DNA from: a bacterium
GTDB lineage: Bacteria; Patescibacteriota; Minisyncoccia; Phycocordibacterales; UBA9973
Assembly: GCA_021824345.1 (NCBI GenBank)
Contig: JAKAKW010000004.1
Location: forward strand, 11,019 to 75,018
Length of the DNA stretch: 64,000 nucleotides
Direction of reading: 5' to 3'
In this document: positions 30,212-38,758 of the stretch, in pieces
How positions within the stretch are numbered: the stretch's first letter is position 1
Layout of the letters: each line of letters begins with the position of its first letter
Notes under the pieces: model-generated
What the model saw: only the letters and a program-made list of their open reading frames with translations
Databases searched by the model: none
Told to the model about the DNA's origin: nothing
Position numbers and translations under genes: made by a program

Positions 30212-31948
30212 CTAATATACCTCTTTATTATAGCAGTCTTCGCAATATACTATATCCGGCAAATTGGGACTGTAACTGGTTTCAAATTCGTTTGGGCATT
30301 TTCCTTTGTGATTATGGCCTTTCTCTTTGCACATGCAGGAACGGTGGTAGAACTTGCTGGAATGCCTGTGGGCAATTCTTCTCTCGTGCCGGCAATCCAC
30401 ACACAGGCGCGGCAGTGGCACATTCGTCTGCTTAAGAAAAGACAGTTCCGGCGCTATTATCCTGTAGGCCCTGCCGCAACCAGCGCAGGAAATGACCTCC
30501 CTCAATATGCTCCCCGTGACATCGCTGACAGAATCAGGAAGATCTGACGCGGAAATTGTTATATCATATTTGTTCGGATCAGAATCGTCAAAACGCATGC
30601 CGAGCTGTTCAGCCTCTTCCTTGCCTTTTGGAAAATGTTCCGAAGCGATTGTGTGGTTATAGGCAAAAGGAGAAAACTCCGGCGGAAAAAATTCTCCGTA
30701 TTTATAGACTCTTCCTTTCTTGTCAGTATACGGCATATCGTTCATATGCCTCTTTATTTTCTCCTTCAGGGCAAAATATTCCTCTTTTGAGTACTGTTTG
30801 TTCAAAATGCAATATTTCTGCTTCATTATTCCGATACAGCCGAAAAGATCGGACGCCATGTGTCCGCAAAACATGCAATATTCAAATCCGCTGCCCCCGT
30901 CCCAGCACTCCATGCAGAACCTCATATCGGAGCTTCGCCACCCGCAGACCGAGCATTCATACAAAAGTTCCGTCTTGTTTCCTATGATCGTCGCGTCCAT
31001 GCAATCCTTACTGGAAGGAACTTGGGAATATTGCACATATTTTAAATTTTCACACTCGCGAATGAGGTAGCTCTCTTTTACGTTTTTTGAATTGGATATA
31101 TACTCCCCCGTTACATTCTGGTTGTGAGTGCCTTCCATGAATTTATTCGGAAATTTAAGCCAGAACTCTTCGGCTTTTTTCCGCGCCAAAGAAAAATTGC
31201 TCCATTTTTTAAGTTCCATTTCTTCCAGTTTTTCCTCATATTCTTCCTTTGTATATTGCTCGTTCCAAATGCAATAGCTTTTAGAACGCAAGTTGGCACA
31301 GCCAAAGCAGTGTTGGCAATCCCGACAATTTTTCAAAAACCACGACGAAAGGCAATTTTCACACTGCGCGGAAAAATGGGTTTCATAGCAGTTGGTAAGC
31401 CAAAAGGAATCATAACACCGCTCGGATTTTTGAATGTGAGAAACATCAAAGCAGTTCCGGCAATAATCCACTCCATTGCCATACGAACAATCCTCCGTGA
31501 AGTTTGAATTAAACAACAAGTAACAATTCCGCAAGTCTTCGGCATTGGCTGAGTAATCGCTGTTTACCATTTTTGAAGCGGTTACGGCCCGGCTGTATTT
31601 TGGAACCTTTTTTGACAATTCAAATATTTGCTCAAAAAAAGTCCTGGCGGGATCAAAATCCATTCCATATGATAATGGATCCCATTTCTCTTGATTCCAC
31701 CAGTCGCTGTCATTGTAAATCGTATATCCTGATTCCGGAGAATAAAGGGAAAAAATAGTTTTGCCGGTAAGGCCTTCTTTTTGCCTAAAAAGCTTTCTTT
31801 CATTCCTGAAAACCATCCGCCTTTCCTTCCGGCATTCTGGGCACCATGTGGGAGCCGGCACTTTGAATCTTTCATATTGGGAGAAGTCTTCCGGCTCTAT
31901 CGTAAAGTCATTCTGGCAATTCTGACATTTTCGGGTTTCGGATTGCAT
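30212..31948 (-). CDS. Cys-rich array protein 10
   Basis: Start MQSETRKCQNC at 31948 by homology; ends YCEDCYNKEVY. Confidence 0.88.
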   Translation of the reverse strand: MQSETRKCQNCQNDFTIEPEDFSQYERFKVPAPTWCPECRKERRMVFRNERKLFRQKEGLTGKTIFSLYSPESGYTIYNDSDWWNQEKWDPLSYGMDFDPARTFFEQIFELSKKVPKYSRAVTASKMVNSDYSANAEDLRNCYLLFNSNFTEDCSYGNGVDYCRNCFDVSHIQKSERCYDSFWLTNCYETHFSAQCENCLSSWFLKNCRDCQHCFGCANLRSKSYCIWNEQYTKEEYEEKLEEMELKKWSNFSLARKKAEEFWLKFPNKFMEGTHNQNVTGEYISNSKNVKESYLIRECENLKYVQYSQVPSSKDCMDATIIGNKTELLYECSVCGWRSSDMRFCMECWDGGSGFEYCMFCGHMASDLFGCIGIMKQKYCILNKQYSKEEYFALKEKIKRHMNDMPYTDKKGRVYKYGEFFPPEFSPFAYNHTIASEHFPKGKEEAEQLGMRFDDSDPNKYDITISASDLPDSVSDVTGSILREVISCAGCGRAYRIIAPELSFLKQTNVPLPRLCVDCRHERRIAHRHSSKFYHRSCMCKEKGHNHKGKCPNEFETSYSPNLPDIVYCEDCYNKEVY

Positions 31949-31950
31949 AA

Positions 31951-33606
31951 CTAATTTATATTCTGCTTGTAACACTCCTCGCAGGCAATGTTTTTGTATC
32001 CCCATTCGGGCGGGTAATATGCCATGATATCTTTCCGGCAGTAATGGCATTTATACGGAAAAGGGTGCAGAACGGTCAGGTATTTGAGCGCATTCCTGGT
32101 CCGCAGATCAAAATGCAGGCGCGGCAGAGGGATATTATTCTCTCTATGAAAAGAAAGTTCATTTTGGGCGATATTGAAACGCCAGCCGGTCTCCGGGCAG
32201 ACGAGCGGTTGGGTAATGATTGAATCTGGCGCGTCCTTGATATTGTCCGGCAATTCGCCGGCGGGCATGCCTTCCGCTTTTTCTGTGTTCGGATCTTCCC
32301 AATACCCGCCCAAAGCCAAGACATCTTCTTTTTTTGCTTCCGGAAAATACAATATGCTTGTGGAAAGGTTGAAAGGACCGGCGCTCATTGAATAGGGCAA
32401 GAATTGCCCGTATTCTCCCCGCTTTTTCATGTCAGACACTATTTCCATCCGGAGTTTTTCATATTCTTCTTTCTCATACTGTTTGTTCAGAATGCAATAT
32501 TTTTTCTTCTTCAGTCCTACGCAACCAAAACAATATTCGCATTCTATGCACAAGTCCAGATACTCGGAATACCTGGAGGATGACCAGTTGCTGTATTTCT
32601 GCGCATAAGCGTTAACGCAGCTGGCGCAATTGCCCAAGAGCTCGGAATACCAGCAACCATTCGCGTCAATGTCGGACTTGTGCCGAAGCCCGCGATTGCA
32701 GTTCCAAGAATCCTCAGAGTCGCTTATCGTGTTGCAATTATGGCAATTCTTCGTATCCATCAAGTAGTTTCCGTCGGAATCATATACCCTATAATTGAAA
32801 TTGGGCCGGTGCACCGCTTTGTCCTTGGCAATATTTTCAAATTTTTCCTTCAGCTTCTGTGCGGCGGAATACGAACCGAGATCGTATGATTCGAGTTTGG
32901 CCTCGTACTCTTCCTTGGAATATTGCACATTCTCTATGCAGTGCGTTTTTCCCCGAAGGTTCCAGCACATGAAGCAACTTTGGCAATTACGGCAATCGTA
33001 CAAAAAAGACGAATCAATGCAGTCTCGGCAGTGCCGAGAATAGAAAAGGCGGAAAGAATTGTAGCAGTCGCTCGAATCGTAGCATTTCTCCGAATCAAAC
33101 AGCACATGCACGTCTATGGAATTCCTGACCCGCAGGTTTCGATATGAATAATAAAGTTCTTCGCAATTTTCCATGGAGCGGGCCAGGTAACAGTTCTTTG
33201 AATTCCACACGTCGTCGCACCAGTCGCAATTCGTATTCTTGATCCCGTTCTGGTGCGGATGCGGCACTTTTTCCTGAAGTTCCTTAAGCTGATCAAAAAA
33301 AGGGCGGACGGGATCGTAATCCTGCCCGAATTCCATCGGATCCCATTTATCGCTGTACCATTCGGAAGTCTTGTAGATCGGGTACCGGCTATTTTCCGGC
33401 ATGACCGTGATCAGGCTTTCGCCGGACAAATCCGATTTCCCTTTTCGAAACCGGCCGAAGAGCCAGAACGAGAAATGTTGCTTCAGCCTGCAGTCGGAGC
33501 AAATGACCGGAATCTCAGTGCCGGTTTTTTCGTATAAAGCAAGTTCTCCAGGCTCTATGCTGAACTTTGACTTACAGTGCTCGCACGTGCGAGCTTCACT
33601 TTGCAT
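31951..33606 (-). CDS. Cys-rich array protein 11
   Basis: 551 aa divergent paralog, ends ACEECYKQNIN. Confidence 0.88.
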   Translation of the reverse strand: MQSEARTCEHCKSKFSIEPGELALYEKTGTEIPVICSDCRLKQHFSFWLFGRFRKGKSDLSGESLITVMPENSRYPIYKTSEWYSDKWDPMEFGQDYDPVRPFFDQLKELQEKVPHPHQNGIKNTNCDWCDDVWNSKNCYLARSMENCEELYYSYRNLRVRNSIDVHVLFDSEKCYDSSDCYNSFRLFYSRHCRDCIDSSFLYDCRNCQSCFMCWNLRGKTHCIENVQYSKEEYEAKLESYDLGSYSAAQKLKEKFENIAKDKAVHRPNFNYRVYDSDGNYLMDTKNCHNCNTISDSEDSWNCNRGLRHKSDIDANGCWYSELLGNCASCVNAYAQKYSNWSSSRYSEYLDLCIECEYCFGCVGLKKKKYCILNKQYEKEEYEKLRMEIVSDMKKRGEYGQFLPYSMSAGPFNLSTSILYFPEAKKEDVLALGGYWEDPNTEKAEGMPAGELPDNIKDAPDSIITQPLVCPETGWRFNIAQNELSFHRENNIPLPRLHFDLRTRNALKYLTVLHPFPYKCHYCRKDIMAYYPPEWGYKNIACEECYKQNIN

Positions 33607-33612
33607 ACAATA

Positions 33613-33665
33613 ACTTTACCACACTTGCGTAAAAAATATAGGGCGGAGGGGTACCCTCCGCCCTA
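33613..33665 (-). promoter_or_regulatory. Extended -10 promoter with family A palindrome (33639-33665)
   Basis: tagggcggaggg-gta-ccctccgcccta; TGgTAAAGT 6 nt before ATG. Confidence 0.65.
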
Positions 33666-33683
33666 CCTTCCGCCCTACAGGTT

Positions 33684-34289
33684 TTATTCTCCGCCCCCCG
33701 CTTCGTATTCAAACACGTTTACCCGGGCCGGGCGAAGAACTCGCTCGCCCAGTTTATAACCTTTTTGAATTACCTGCGCGATTTTATGGTCAAGATCCTT
33801 CTTGTCTGTCTTCATTGAATCCACGCTATGGTGTAAATTAGGATCAAAAGCGTCGCCGTCTTCTCCGAATTCCTTTACCCCGTATTCCTCAAAAACCGAA
33901 TTCATTTGCGAATGGATGTATTCCACTCCCTTGCGCCAATTTTCGTCCACCTTGTTCCAGGCATCTTTGTTGGCAAAAGCCATCTGAAAGCTGTCCATCA
34001 CTGACAAAAACCTGGTAAGAATCCTTTCCCGCACCGATTCGGAAAAACTGGCTCTGCGCATCTCCTCTTCTTTTTTGTAATTGGCGAAATCAGCCCGCTC
34101 TTTTTGCCAGCCTGTAAGGTATTCTTCTTTTTCCTTTTTGCAAATTTTGAGTTCCTCCCGAAGCTTTTTAACGGTCTTTTTCAGATCCTCTTCCCCGTCG
34201 GCATTATATTCAAATTCCAAGACCTCCGAATCGTCATTTTTCGGAAGCTCCGGCTCTTTATTTTCGTCTTTTTGCTCTTCGTCTTTCAT
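33684..34289 (-). CDS. grpE: Nucleotide exchange factor GrpE
   Basis: RADFANYKK, FDPNLHHSV, QKGYKLGERVLRPARV. Confidence 0.95.
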   Translation of the reverse strand: MKDEEQKDENKEPELPKNDDSEVLEFEYNADGEEDLKKTVKKLREELKICKKEKEEYLTGWQKERADFANYKKEEEMRRASFSESVRERILTRFLSVMDSFQMAFANKDAWNKVDENWRKGVEYIHSQMNSVFEEYGVKEFGEDGDAFDPNLHHSVDSMKTDKKDLDHKIAQVIQKGYKLGERVLRPARVNVFEYEAGGGE

Positions 34290-34331
34290 GCCAACATATT
34301 AGCATAGATTATTGATAATTTTAATGCCGGA

Positions 34332-34491
34332 GCCCGCTCACACTTCCGAGGACAGCCGAGGACTTGTCTGAGCACCCGGAAATTTCTGGATATTTTGCCG
34401 GCGTTATTGAGTTAGACCCGGCGACGGTGAAATATCCGTGAAATTCTCCGGGTGTGAGTTCCGCAGGCGTCCGAGGAAGTGGTGAGCGGGC
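34332..34491. mobile_element. MITE-like / long imperfect hairpin between rpsI and grpE
   Basis: gcccgctcac/gtgagcgggc ends; nested pairing acttcc/ggaagt, cacccgga/tccgggtg, ggatattt/aaatatcc. Confidence 0.55.
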
Positions 34492-34506
34492 GGAGGTTTT
34501 AGATGT

Positions 34507-34953
34507 TTATCGCTTGGACCACTGAGGAGCTTTGCGGGCCTTTTTCAATCCAAACTTCCGGCGCTCCTTGGAGCGGGGATCCCGTTTCAAAAATCCAAGT
34601 TCTTTCATGTTGTGGCGCAATTGTTCGTTGGAAGCCACAAGCGCTCTGGCCAGCCCGTGCCGGACCGCTTCCGCCTGGGAATGCATGCCTCCGCCGGACA
34701 CTTTTGCCTCCACTTTCCACTTTTCCGTCGTCTTCCCTTCCTCCGCATCAAGGCCCTTGGCCAGCGGATCGTGCGAAAGGAGACGCTCGTCTTCGGTCTG
34801 GAAGTACTCTTTTGCATCTTTGCCGTTTACGGTAAAGCTTGCTTTTCCTGCCGGAAAGATGCGCACTCGCGCTGTGGAAGTTTTTCTCCGCCCTACGGCC
34901 TCCACGTATTTTTCCTTCGATTTTTCCTTGGTATTTTTTATATCTTTCGGCAT
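34507..34953 (-). CDS. rpsI: 30S ribosomal protein S9
   Basis: GRRKTSTARV, RDPRSKERRKFGLKKARKAPQWSKR. Confidence 0.97.
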   Translation of the reverse strand: MPKDIKNTKEKSKEKYVEAVGRRKTSTARVRIFPAGKASFTVNGKDAKEYFQTEDERLLSHDPLAKGLDAEEGKTTEKWKVEAKVSGGGMHSQAEAVRHGLARALVASNEQLRHNMKELGFLKRDPRSKERRKFGLKKARKAPQWSKR

Positions 34954-34958
34954 CTTGT

Positions 34959-35336
34959 TTATTCCTCTATTGTTAAATTTTTCATCATTTCTCTTCTGAG
35001 TTTATTGCCAGGAAGCATTTGATGAACGGCGTGCTTTACAAGCTCTTTATATCCCTTTTTTTCCGCCACCTCCGTTCCAGATAGTTCCTTAAGGCCTCCG
35101 GGATATCCGGAATACTTTTTATGCGTTATGCTTTCCAGTTTTTCTTCGGTTATGCGAATTTTTTTCACATTCACTATTTTTAAGGGGGAACCGGAATATA
35201 TATGCCTTTCGTACGAAGGATTGTCTTTCCCGGAGAGAATCACGGCAGCCATGCTCGCCAGGCGCCCCAATGTCTTCCCGCTCGCATCCAGCACTTTCTC
35301 TTCTTTCTTTTCTTTTGTATTTTTGGCTTTTTTCAT
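34959..35336 (-). CDS. rplM: 50S ribosomal protein L13
   Basis: DASGKTLGRLAS, YSGYPGGLK, MLPGNKL. Confidence 0.95.
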   Translation of the reverse strand: MKKAKNTKEKKEEKVLDASGKTLGRLASMAAVILSGKDNPSYERHIYSGSPLKIVNVKKIRITEEKLESITHKKYSGYPGGLKELSGTEVAEKKGYKELVKHAVHQMLPGNKLRREMMKNLTIEE

Positions 35337-35356
35337 AAAAAATTTCTTCCTTTCGC

Positions 35357-35716
35357 TTATTTCTCCAGAAACTCAATCCTCGCCATTTCCGCGCCGTCTG
35401 AAACTCGCGGACCGAGCTTAAATATTCTGGTGTATCCGCCGTTCCTTTCTTCGTATCGCGGGGCAATTACCTCGAAAAGCTTCTTTGTGCACTTCTTGTC
35501 GTTGAAAAGGCGCGCGGAAATTATTTTTCTTGAGGATAGGTTGTCTTTTTTCGCCCTGGTAACCAATTTTTCCACGTAGGGGCGCAACTCCTTCGCCTTG
35601 GGCAAAGTGGTCTTTATCTTCTCCCGGACAATCAGATTCATCGCCAAAGACTTCAAGAGAGCATTTCTCTGATTCTTTGACCTTCCGAATTTTCTGTTCG
35701 CGTTATGGTGTCTCAT
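35357..35716 (-). CDS. rplQ: 50S ribosomal protein L17
   Basis: MRHH..., TTLPKAKELR, RNGGYTRI. Confidence 0.97.
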   Translation of the reverse strand: MRHHNANRKFGRSKNQRNALLKSLAMNLIVREKIKTTLPKAKELRPYVEKLVTRAKKDNLSSRKIISARLFNDKKCTKKLFEVIAPRYEERNGGYTRIFKLGPRVSDGAEMARIEFLEK

Positions 35717-35722
35717 CTCAAG

Positions 35723-36703
35723 TTATTCCTTCAGATTAAGCCCGAAAGAAGCAAGCACTTTCTTTATTTCGGAAATTCCTTTCTCGCCAATGCCTTCCAC
35801 CTCCAAAAGGTCTTCCATCTTCTTCCGAGCCAATCCTCCGAGAGTCCGGATATTGGCCGCAGAAAGGGCATTTTGAGTCCTGGTGGAAAGATTCAGCATG
35901 TCAGTGCGAGTCTTCAAGGCTTCCGTGAGGTCTTCCGTTTTTTTGCCTTCTTCTTTCTTCCCTTTTACTTCAATCTCCTCTTCTGTCTTTTCCTCTTCCT
36001 CTTCCGGTTCTTTGAAATCAATGATGCCGGAAAGTTGGTTTATCATTATCTCTATGGATTGAAGAAACGCCTGGCGCGGCGTAAGCGTGCCGTCCGTTTC
36101 AATGGTCATGCGCAGGCGATTGTAGTTTATTTTGTCGCCTACTCGCATGTTCTCAACTTCGTACGCCACCCGGCGAATGGGAGTAAAGATCGCATCCACC
36201 GCAATGGTTCCGATATCCACTTTTTCTTTCTGTACGATTTCCTTCGGCACGAATCCAAGGCCTTTTTCAAGGCGCATTTCAATGTTTAAATTGGTCTTTC
36301 CGGTAATTGAAGCGATATGCACTTCCGGAGTAAGTATTTCAACCTGTCCGCCGGCCTTTATGTCAGCGGCGGTCACATCCTTGGGTCCTTTTACGGAAAG
36401 AGTGACGGTTTGCGGGTCGTCGGAAAGCATTTTGAAGCGGATCTTTTTTAGATTCAGGATGATCATGATCACATCCTCCTTGATACCTTCCACTGTCTCG
36501 AATTCATGGGAAACCCCTTCTATTTTCACATGGGTAATGCTTGCTCCCGGCAAGGAAGAAAGAATTATTCTGCGCAGGCTGTTGCCGAGAGTATGCCCAT
36601 AGCCTGGATACAGGCCGTCTATTTCAAACACGCCCTTGTCGCCATCCTCGGAAACGATACGGGGCTTGGAAGGCGTTATTATTTTATATTTGTTTTCGGG
36701 CAT
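35723..36703 (-). CDS. rpoA: RNA polymerase alpha subunit
   Basis: GYGHTLGNSLRRIILSSLPG, DAIFTPI, alpha-CTD. Confidence 0.97.
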   Translation of the reverse strand: MPENKYKIITPSKPRIVSEDGDKGVFEIDGLYPGYGHTLGNSLRRIILSSLPGASITHVKIEGVSHEFETVEGIKEDVIMIILNLKKIRFKMLSDDPQTVTLSVKGPKDVTAADIKAGGQVEILTPEVHIASITGKTNLNIEMRLEKGLGFVPKEIVQKEKVDIGTIAVDAIFTPIRRVAYEVENMRVGDKINYNRLRMTIETDGTLTPRQAFLQSIEIMINQLSGIIDFKEPEEEEEKTEEEIEVKGKKEEGKKTEDLTEALKTRTDMLNLSTRTQNALSAANIRTLGGLARKKMEDLLEVEGIGEKGISEIKKVLASFGLNLKE

Positions 36704-36757
36704 ATCTTTAAAAAATTAATTATTAAAATTTATAAAAAAAATTAAAGCGCATTTAAA

Positions 36758-37363
36758 TCAGCGGCTGTAGAACTCAAGCACCGCATTCAAATCAAAAAAG
36801 GTGTCAGTTTTTTTCGGTTTGGCAAGAATCTTGCCCCGCATGGCGGACGGATCAAAGTTGACCCAACCCGGGAACACATAATCCTTCATCTTATCGGGAA
36901 GCCCGTTCCATATTTTTTTGCCCTTTGATCCCTCGCGGATTTCGATTGCATCGCCGGGCTTCACGGTAAAGGATGGCACGGTTACCTTTCGGCCGTTCAC
37001 CATGAAATGTCCGTGAGAGACCATCTGCCTGGCAGCTCTCCTGGAGGGCGCAAGCCCCATGCGGTAAACGGAATTGTCAAGGCGAAGCTCAAGTTCCTCG
37101 TAGAATTTTTCCGCCGCGCCGGATCCTTTGACCAATTCTGCCTTGCGCACGTAATTGGACAGCTGGCGCTCCGTAATGCCGTAGGAAAAACGGACTTTCT
37201 GTTTTTCTATCAGCTGGGTGCCGTATTCAGAGAGCCCTCTCGGGCGCCGCCCTCTCGCGGCGCCGAATTTACCGGAAGCGGCCGAAAACTTCGGGGTCTG
37301 GCACTTGTCGTACACTCCCGCTCCCAGTCTTCTGCCTATTTTAAATTTTGGTTTGGAAATCAT
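36758..37363 (-). CDS. rpsD: 30S ribosomal protein S4
   Basis: SEYGTQLIEKQK, LELRLDN, ARQMVSHGH. Confidence 0.97.
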   Translation of the reverse strand: MISKPKFKIGRRLGAGVYDKCQTPKFSAASGKFGAARGRRPRGLSEYGTQLIEKQKVRFSYGITERQLSNYVRKAELVKGSGAAEKFYEELELRLDNSVYRMGLAPSRRAARQMVSHGHFMVNGRKVTVPSFTVKPGDAIEIREGSKGKKIWNGLPDKMKDYVFPGWVNFDPSAMRGKILAKPKKTDTFFDLNAVLEFYSR

Positions 37364-37389
37364 AATTTAAATCAATTTAATCAAACGAC

Positions 37390-37857
37390 TTATACTCTGC
37401 GCGGCTTCTTGGGTTTGGGCCCGTTATGCGGGACCGGCGTCCTGTCTTTGACGGAGGTTATCTCCATGCCGTGCGCCATTATTGCTCGAATGGTGGGTTC
37501 TCTGCCGGACCCGATTCCTTTAACTATTACATCAATGTCTTTCACTCCCATCGCTTCCATTTTAGTTCCGATTATGTCCCCCACTTTCGAAGCGGCAAAG
37601 GGCGTGCCCTTCTTCGCTCCCTTGAATCCCAGAGCTCCGGAGCTTCCTGAAAAAAGCGCGTTGCCCAGCTTGTCTGTGAAAAGAACTTTGGTATTGTTAA
37701 AAGTCGCTTCAATGTGCACAATGCCGGAAGTGATCTTTTTCTTGGACGACCTGCCGGCCGTTTTCTTTTCCTTGCTTTCTTCCTCATGCAAAGCTTCCTC
37801 GGTTTTTGTTCCGTTCTCGGCTTCGTCCTCTTTGATTGTAATTTTTGTCTTTCCCAT
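37390..37857 (-). CDS. rpsK: 30S ribosomal protein S11
   Basis: ATFNNT, GFKGAKKGTPFAA, TPVPHNG. Confidence 0.97.
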   Translation of the reverse strand: MGKTKITIKEDEAENGTKTEEALHEEESKEKKTAGRSSKKKITSGIVHIEATFNNTKVLFTDKLGNALFSGSSGALGFKGAKKGTPFAASKVGDIIGTKMEAMGVKDIDVIVKGIGSGREPTIRAIMAHGMEITSVKDRTPVPHNGPKPKKPRRV

Positions 37858-37860
37858 ATT

Positions 37861-38241
37861 TTATGTCTTGCTTTCTTTCCTTCTGCCGGAGGACATCGTT
37901 TTGCGAACGTTGCCTCTGATGGTTCTTGAATTTGTCTTGGTCCGCTGTCCGCGCACAGGCAGGCGCTTCATGTGCCTGGTTCCGCGATAAGATTTGATGT
38001 CTTTCAGGCGCTTGATGTTTCCGGCGATCTCCCGCTTCAAGTTTCCTTCAATTTTCATGCTCTCGATGATGCCTCTGATTTTGTTTTCTTCCTCCTCGCT
38101 CAGGTCTGGGGCTTTCTTGCCGCGCGGAACATTCACCTGGTCCAGAATCTTTCGGGCAGTGGAAATGCCTATGCCGTAGAGGCAAGTAAGGGCGATTTCC
38201 AGTCTTTTTTCGTTTGGTACGGTGATTCCTAAAACTCTCAT
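37861..38241 (-). CDS. rpsM: 30S ribosomal protein S13
   Basis: LYGIG, YRGTRH..LPVRGQRTKTNSRT. Confidence 0.97.
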   Translation of the reverse strand: MRVLGITVPNEKRLEIALTCLYGIGISTARKILDQVNVPRGKKAPDLSEEEENKIRGIIESMKIEGNLKREIAGNIKRLKDIKSYRGTRHMKRLPVRGQRTKTNSRTIRGNVRKTMSSGRRKESKT

Positions 38242-38243
38242 AA

Positions 38244-38354
38244 TTATTGTTTCTGCTTATGCTTAGGGTTTTCGCAAATCACCCGCAGATGTTTTCCGCG
38301 CTTCACTATTTTGCATTTTGCGCAAATCTTTTTTACGGATGCTTTTATCTTCAT
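38244..38354 (-). CDS. rpmJ: 50S ribosomal protein L36 (not in ORF track)
   Basis: Translated by hand: [36 protein letters not shown]; canonical position between infA and rpsM. Confidence 0.95.
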   Translation of the reverse strand: MKIKASVKKICAKCKIVKRGKHLRVICENPKHKQKQ

Positions 38355-38486
38355 ATCTTTGATAATTTTATAAAAAAATGCCGGCCCGTTCCGCAACAAG
38401 ACAAAAACAAGGGGAAAACCCTTATTTTTCTCTCGTTATCTGGTTATGGCAAACAGTACTGTGTATTATACACGACCCAAAAAAAA

Positions 38487-38720
38487 TTACAACCTCCGGG
38501 TAATTCTCCCCTTTCCTCCATAAGGATCAAGAAGGACTTCCACTTTGTCGCCCACGAGCACCTTTATGCGGTGCATTCTCATTTTGCCCGACAAGTAGGC
38601 CAGGATTTCTTTTTCCTCCGGTCCCTCTCCGACGTGAATTCGCACACGAAAGAGCGTGGAAGGTAGAGCCTCGCTGACCATTCCGCGAACCGTAGGGTTT
38701 TCGTTTTCCTGACCGCTCAT
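38487..38720 (-). CDS. infA: Translation initiation factor IF-1
   Basis: EALPSTLFRV, LSGKMRMHRIKVLVGDKV, GRITRR. Confidence 0.95.
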   Translation of the reverse strand: MSGQENENPTVRGMVSEALPSTLFRVRIHVGEGPEEKEILAYLSGKMRMHRIKVLVGDKVEVLLDPYGGKGRITRRL

Positions 38721-38758
38721 CTTAAATCAGAGTAACTATATCAAATGAAACGCTAAAG

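Noticed and set aside
25081-33606. Integron cassette array (GTTATGC at three gene starts)
   Set aside because: Spacers of 2-4 nt leave no room for attC hairpins, and no inverse core site or tyrosine integrase was seen.
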